From Dehalococcoidia bacterium (GTDB lineage Bacteria > Chloroflexota > Dehalococcoidia > Dehalococcoidales > RBG-16-60-22): a stretch of 47,669 nt of DNA. The stretch is from positions 8,734 to 56,402 of the forward strand of contig PLLL01000069.1 of the NCBI GenBank assembly GCA_003141235.1, written 5' to 3'. Below the pieces are notes generated by a model, which was not told where the DNA came from, did not search any database, and was given only the letters and a program-made list of their open reading frames with translations. Position numbers and translations under genes: made by a program. The first letter of the stretch is position 1. Each line of letters begins with the position of its first letter. Below, in pieces: positions 46,624 through 47,669 of the stretch.

Positions 46624-47028
46624 ATGGGTAAATACGATAAGTACTTTTATTCCAAGGCGCAAGGCATTGCGGGACCGTCCCGTCCGGAAATTAAAGGAAG
46701 CAGCATCTTAGTGGACAAAGGCAAGCTAGGGGATTTCGGCATAGGCTGGGTACCCATCACCCAACCTTTCAAAATGGTAGATACCGCTCACAAGCATGAT
46801 TACGCCCAGATTTTAGCTTTCGTTGGAGGTAACCTGAAGGACTTGTTCGATTTTGACGCTGAAATAGAGCTTTATGTGGGAGGCGAAAAACACATCATCA
46901 CCCAAACTACGGTGGTGTATATTCCCGGTGGAGTGATGCACTGCCCTTTGTATTTTAATAAAGTGGGCAAGCCGTTACTGTTCAATAATATGTATTTTAC
47001 AGACGAATACATGAAGAAGACAGATTGA
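46624..47028 (+). CDS. Cupin-like hypothetical protein
   Basis: AHKHDY.Q motif 1 and YIPGGVMHCPL motif 2. Confidence 0.7.
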   Translation: MGKYDKYFYSKAQGIAGPSRPEIKGSSILVDKGKLGDFGIGWVPITQPFKMVDTAHKHDYAQILAFVGGNLKDLFDFDAEIELYVGGEKHIITQTTVVYIPGGVMHCPLYFNKVGKPLLFNNMYFTDEYMKKTD

Positions 47029-47260
47029 AGAATATAAAGAGAATGTGGGCTGACTCCCCCAAAGCAAAAGATACCAACCAAACTGATCAGGGAGCTTGTA
47101 TAGTCACCTGCCTGTATGGTCTGTTCCGGTATAACAGAAACAATCAAGGGTAGTGGACTCGGTTGGATTTAGGTTACCCAAAACGCTAGATCGTGCAATA
47201 TGGTAACAAAGTACTATAAAGTTACTTTGGCTAACAATATGGGCAGATGTGACTTATTAA

Positions 47261-47669
47261 TTATGGTTTGGCACGGCTATTCAGTGTCTGTTGAAAATAT
47301 TGTCCCAGGGTACTTAGTTTGTCTTTCCCGAGATTGGCCATGGAAGCCTGATTTATCAGGCGGTTGTATTCGGCGGTAGTAAGATTATGGGGTGTGCTGT
47401 CATAATCGAGGTAGGAAAAAAGGTTCCGGGTCCAGAAGAAAGAGATAAAATCCATGCCGGTGGCATCAGCCAGGTTCGTCACGTCCTGGATGAAACGTTT
47501 ATCCAGCGGATACCAGAAACTATAGACATCCCGGTTCATGGCTTTTTCGGTATCACCAAGGCCGTTTCCAAGCTCCGTCGCCGAGGCTTTCCATAGCCAC
47601 GACTCACTTATGGTAACGCGCTTTCCGGCGGCTTTAGCTTGCTGGGCATAGCTCAAGGCGCGTTCGAGC
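47261..47669 (-). CDS. 3' end of a hypothetical protein (start lies outside the window)
   Basis: Open to the window edge; KRVTISESWLWK and FISFFW resemble strands of a glycosidase-like barrel (unconfirmed). Confidence 0.6.
   Translation of the reverse strand, partial: LERALSYAQQAKAAGKRVTISESWLWKASATELGNGLGDTEKAMNRDVYSFWYPLDKRFIQDVTNLADATGMDFISFFWTRNLFSYLDYDSTPHNLTTAEYNRLINQASMANLGKDKLSTLGQYFQQTLNSRAKP

Overview
Chromosomal segment of an anaerobe. Gene content and protein style suggest Chloroflexota, class Dehalococcoidia (inference only). Left part (1-12.2 kb) is mostly housekeeping: lspA, RluD-type synthase, Fe-S aldo/keto reductase, gltX-glnS-nfeD-radical SAM, a HIT hydrolase, and a metal ABC transporter with a methyltransferase. 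At 12.3-20.5 kb a NarL-type two-component system faces three exported low-complexity proteins and a MacAB-like exporter; two promoters here share a duplicated ~110-bp block with an ATGACA-N2-TGTCAT palindrome. The 20.6-47.7 kb part is an accessory catabolic/surface region: flavoproteins, two ATPase-less peptide-type ABC importers, a six-repeat IPT/TIG surface protein, a His-striped coiled-coil protein, unannotated small ORFs, a PadBCD-like Mo enzyme complex, MarR, a TPR-pRiA4b fusion and a bacterial C2H2 zinc-finger ORF beside a tRNA-fragment/att scar. The best-supported unusual structure is at 34.1-35.6 kb. A 109-bp non-autonomous IS200/IS605-type mini-element (ends fit the IS608 guide/target pairing rule) interrupts an ABC permease gene. 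That gene is also frameshifted and fused to the 3' half of a flavin oxidoreductase, giving one chimeric open frame. No CRISPR array, rRNA, intact tRNA or intact transposase/integrase was found.
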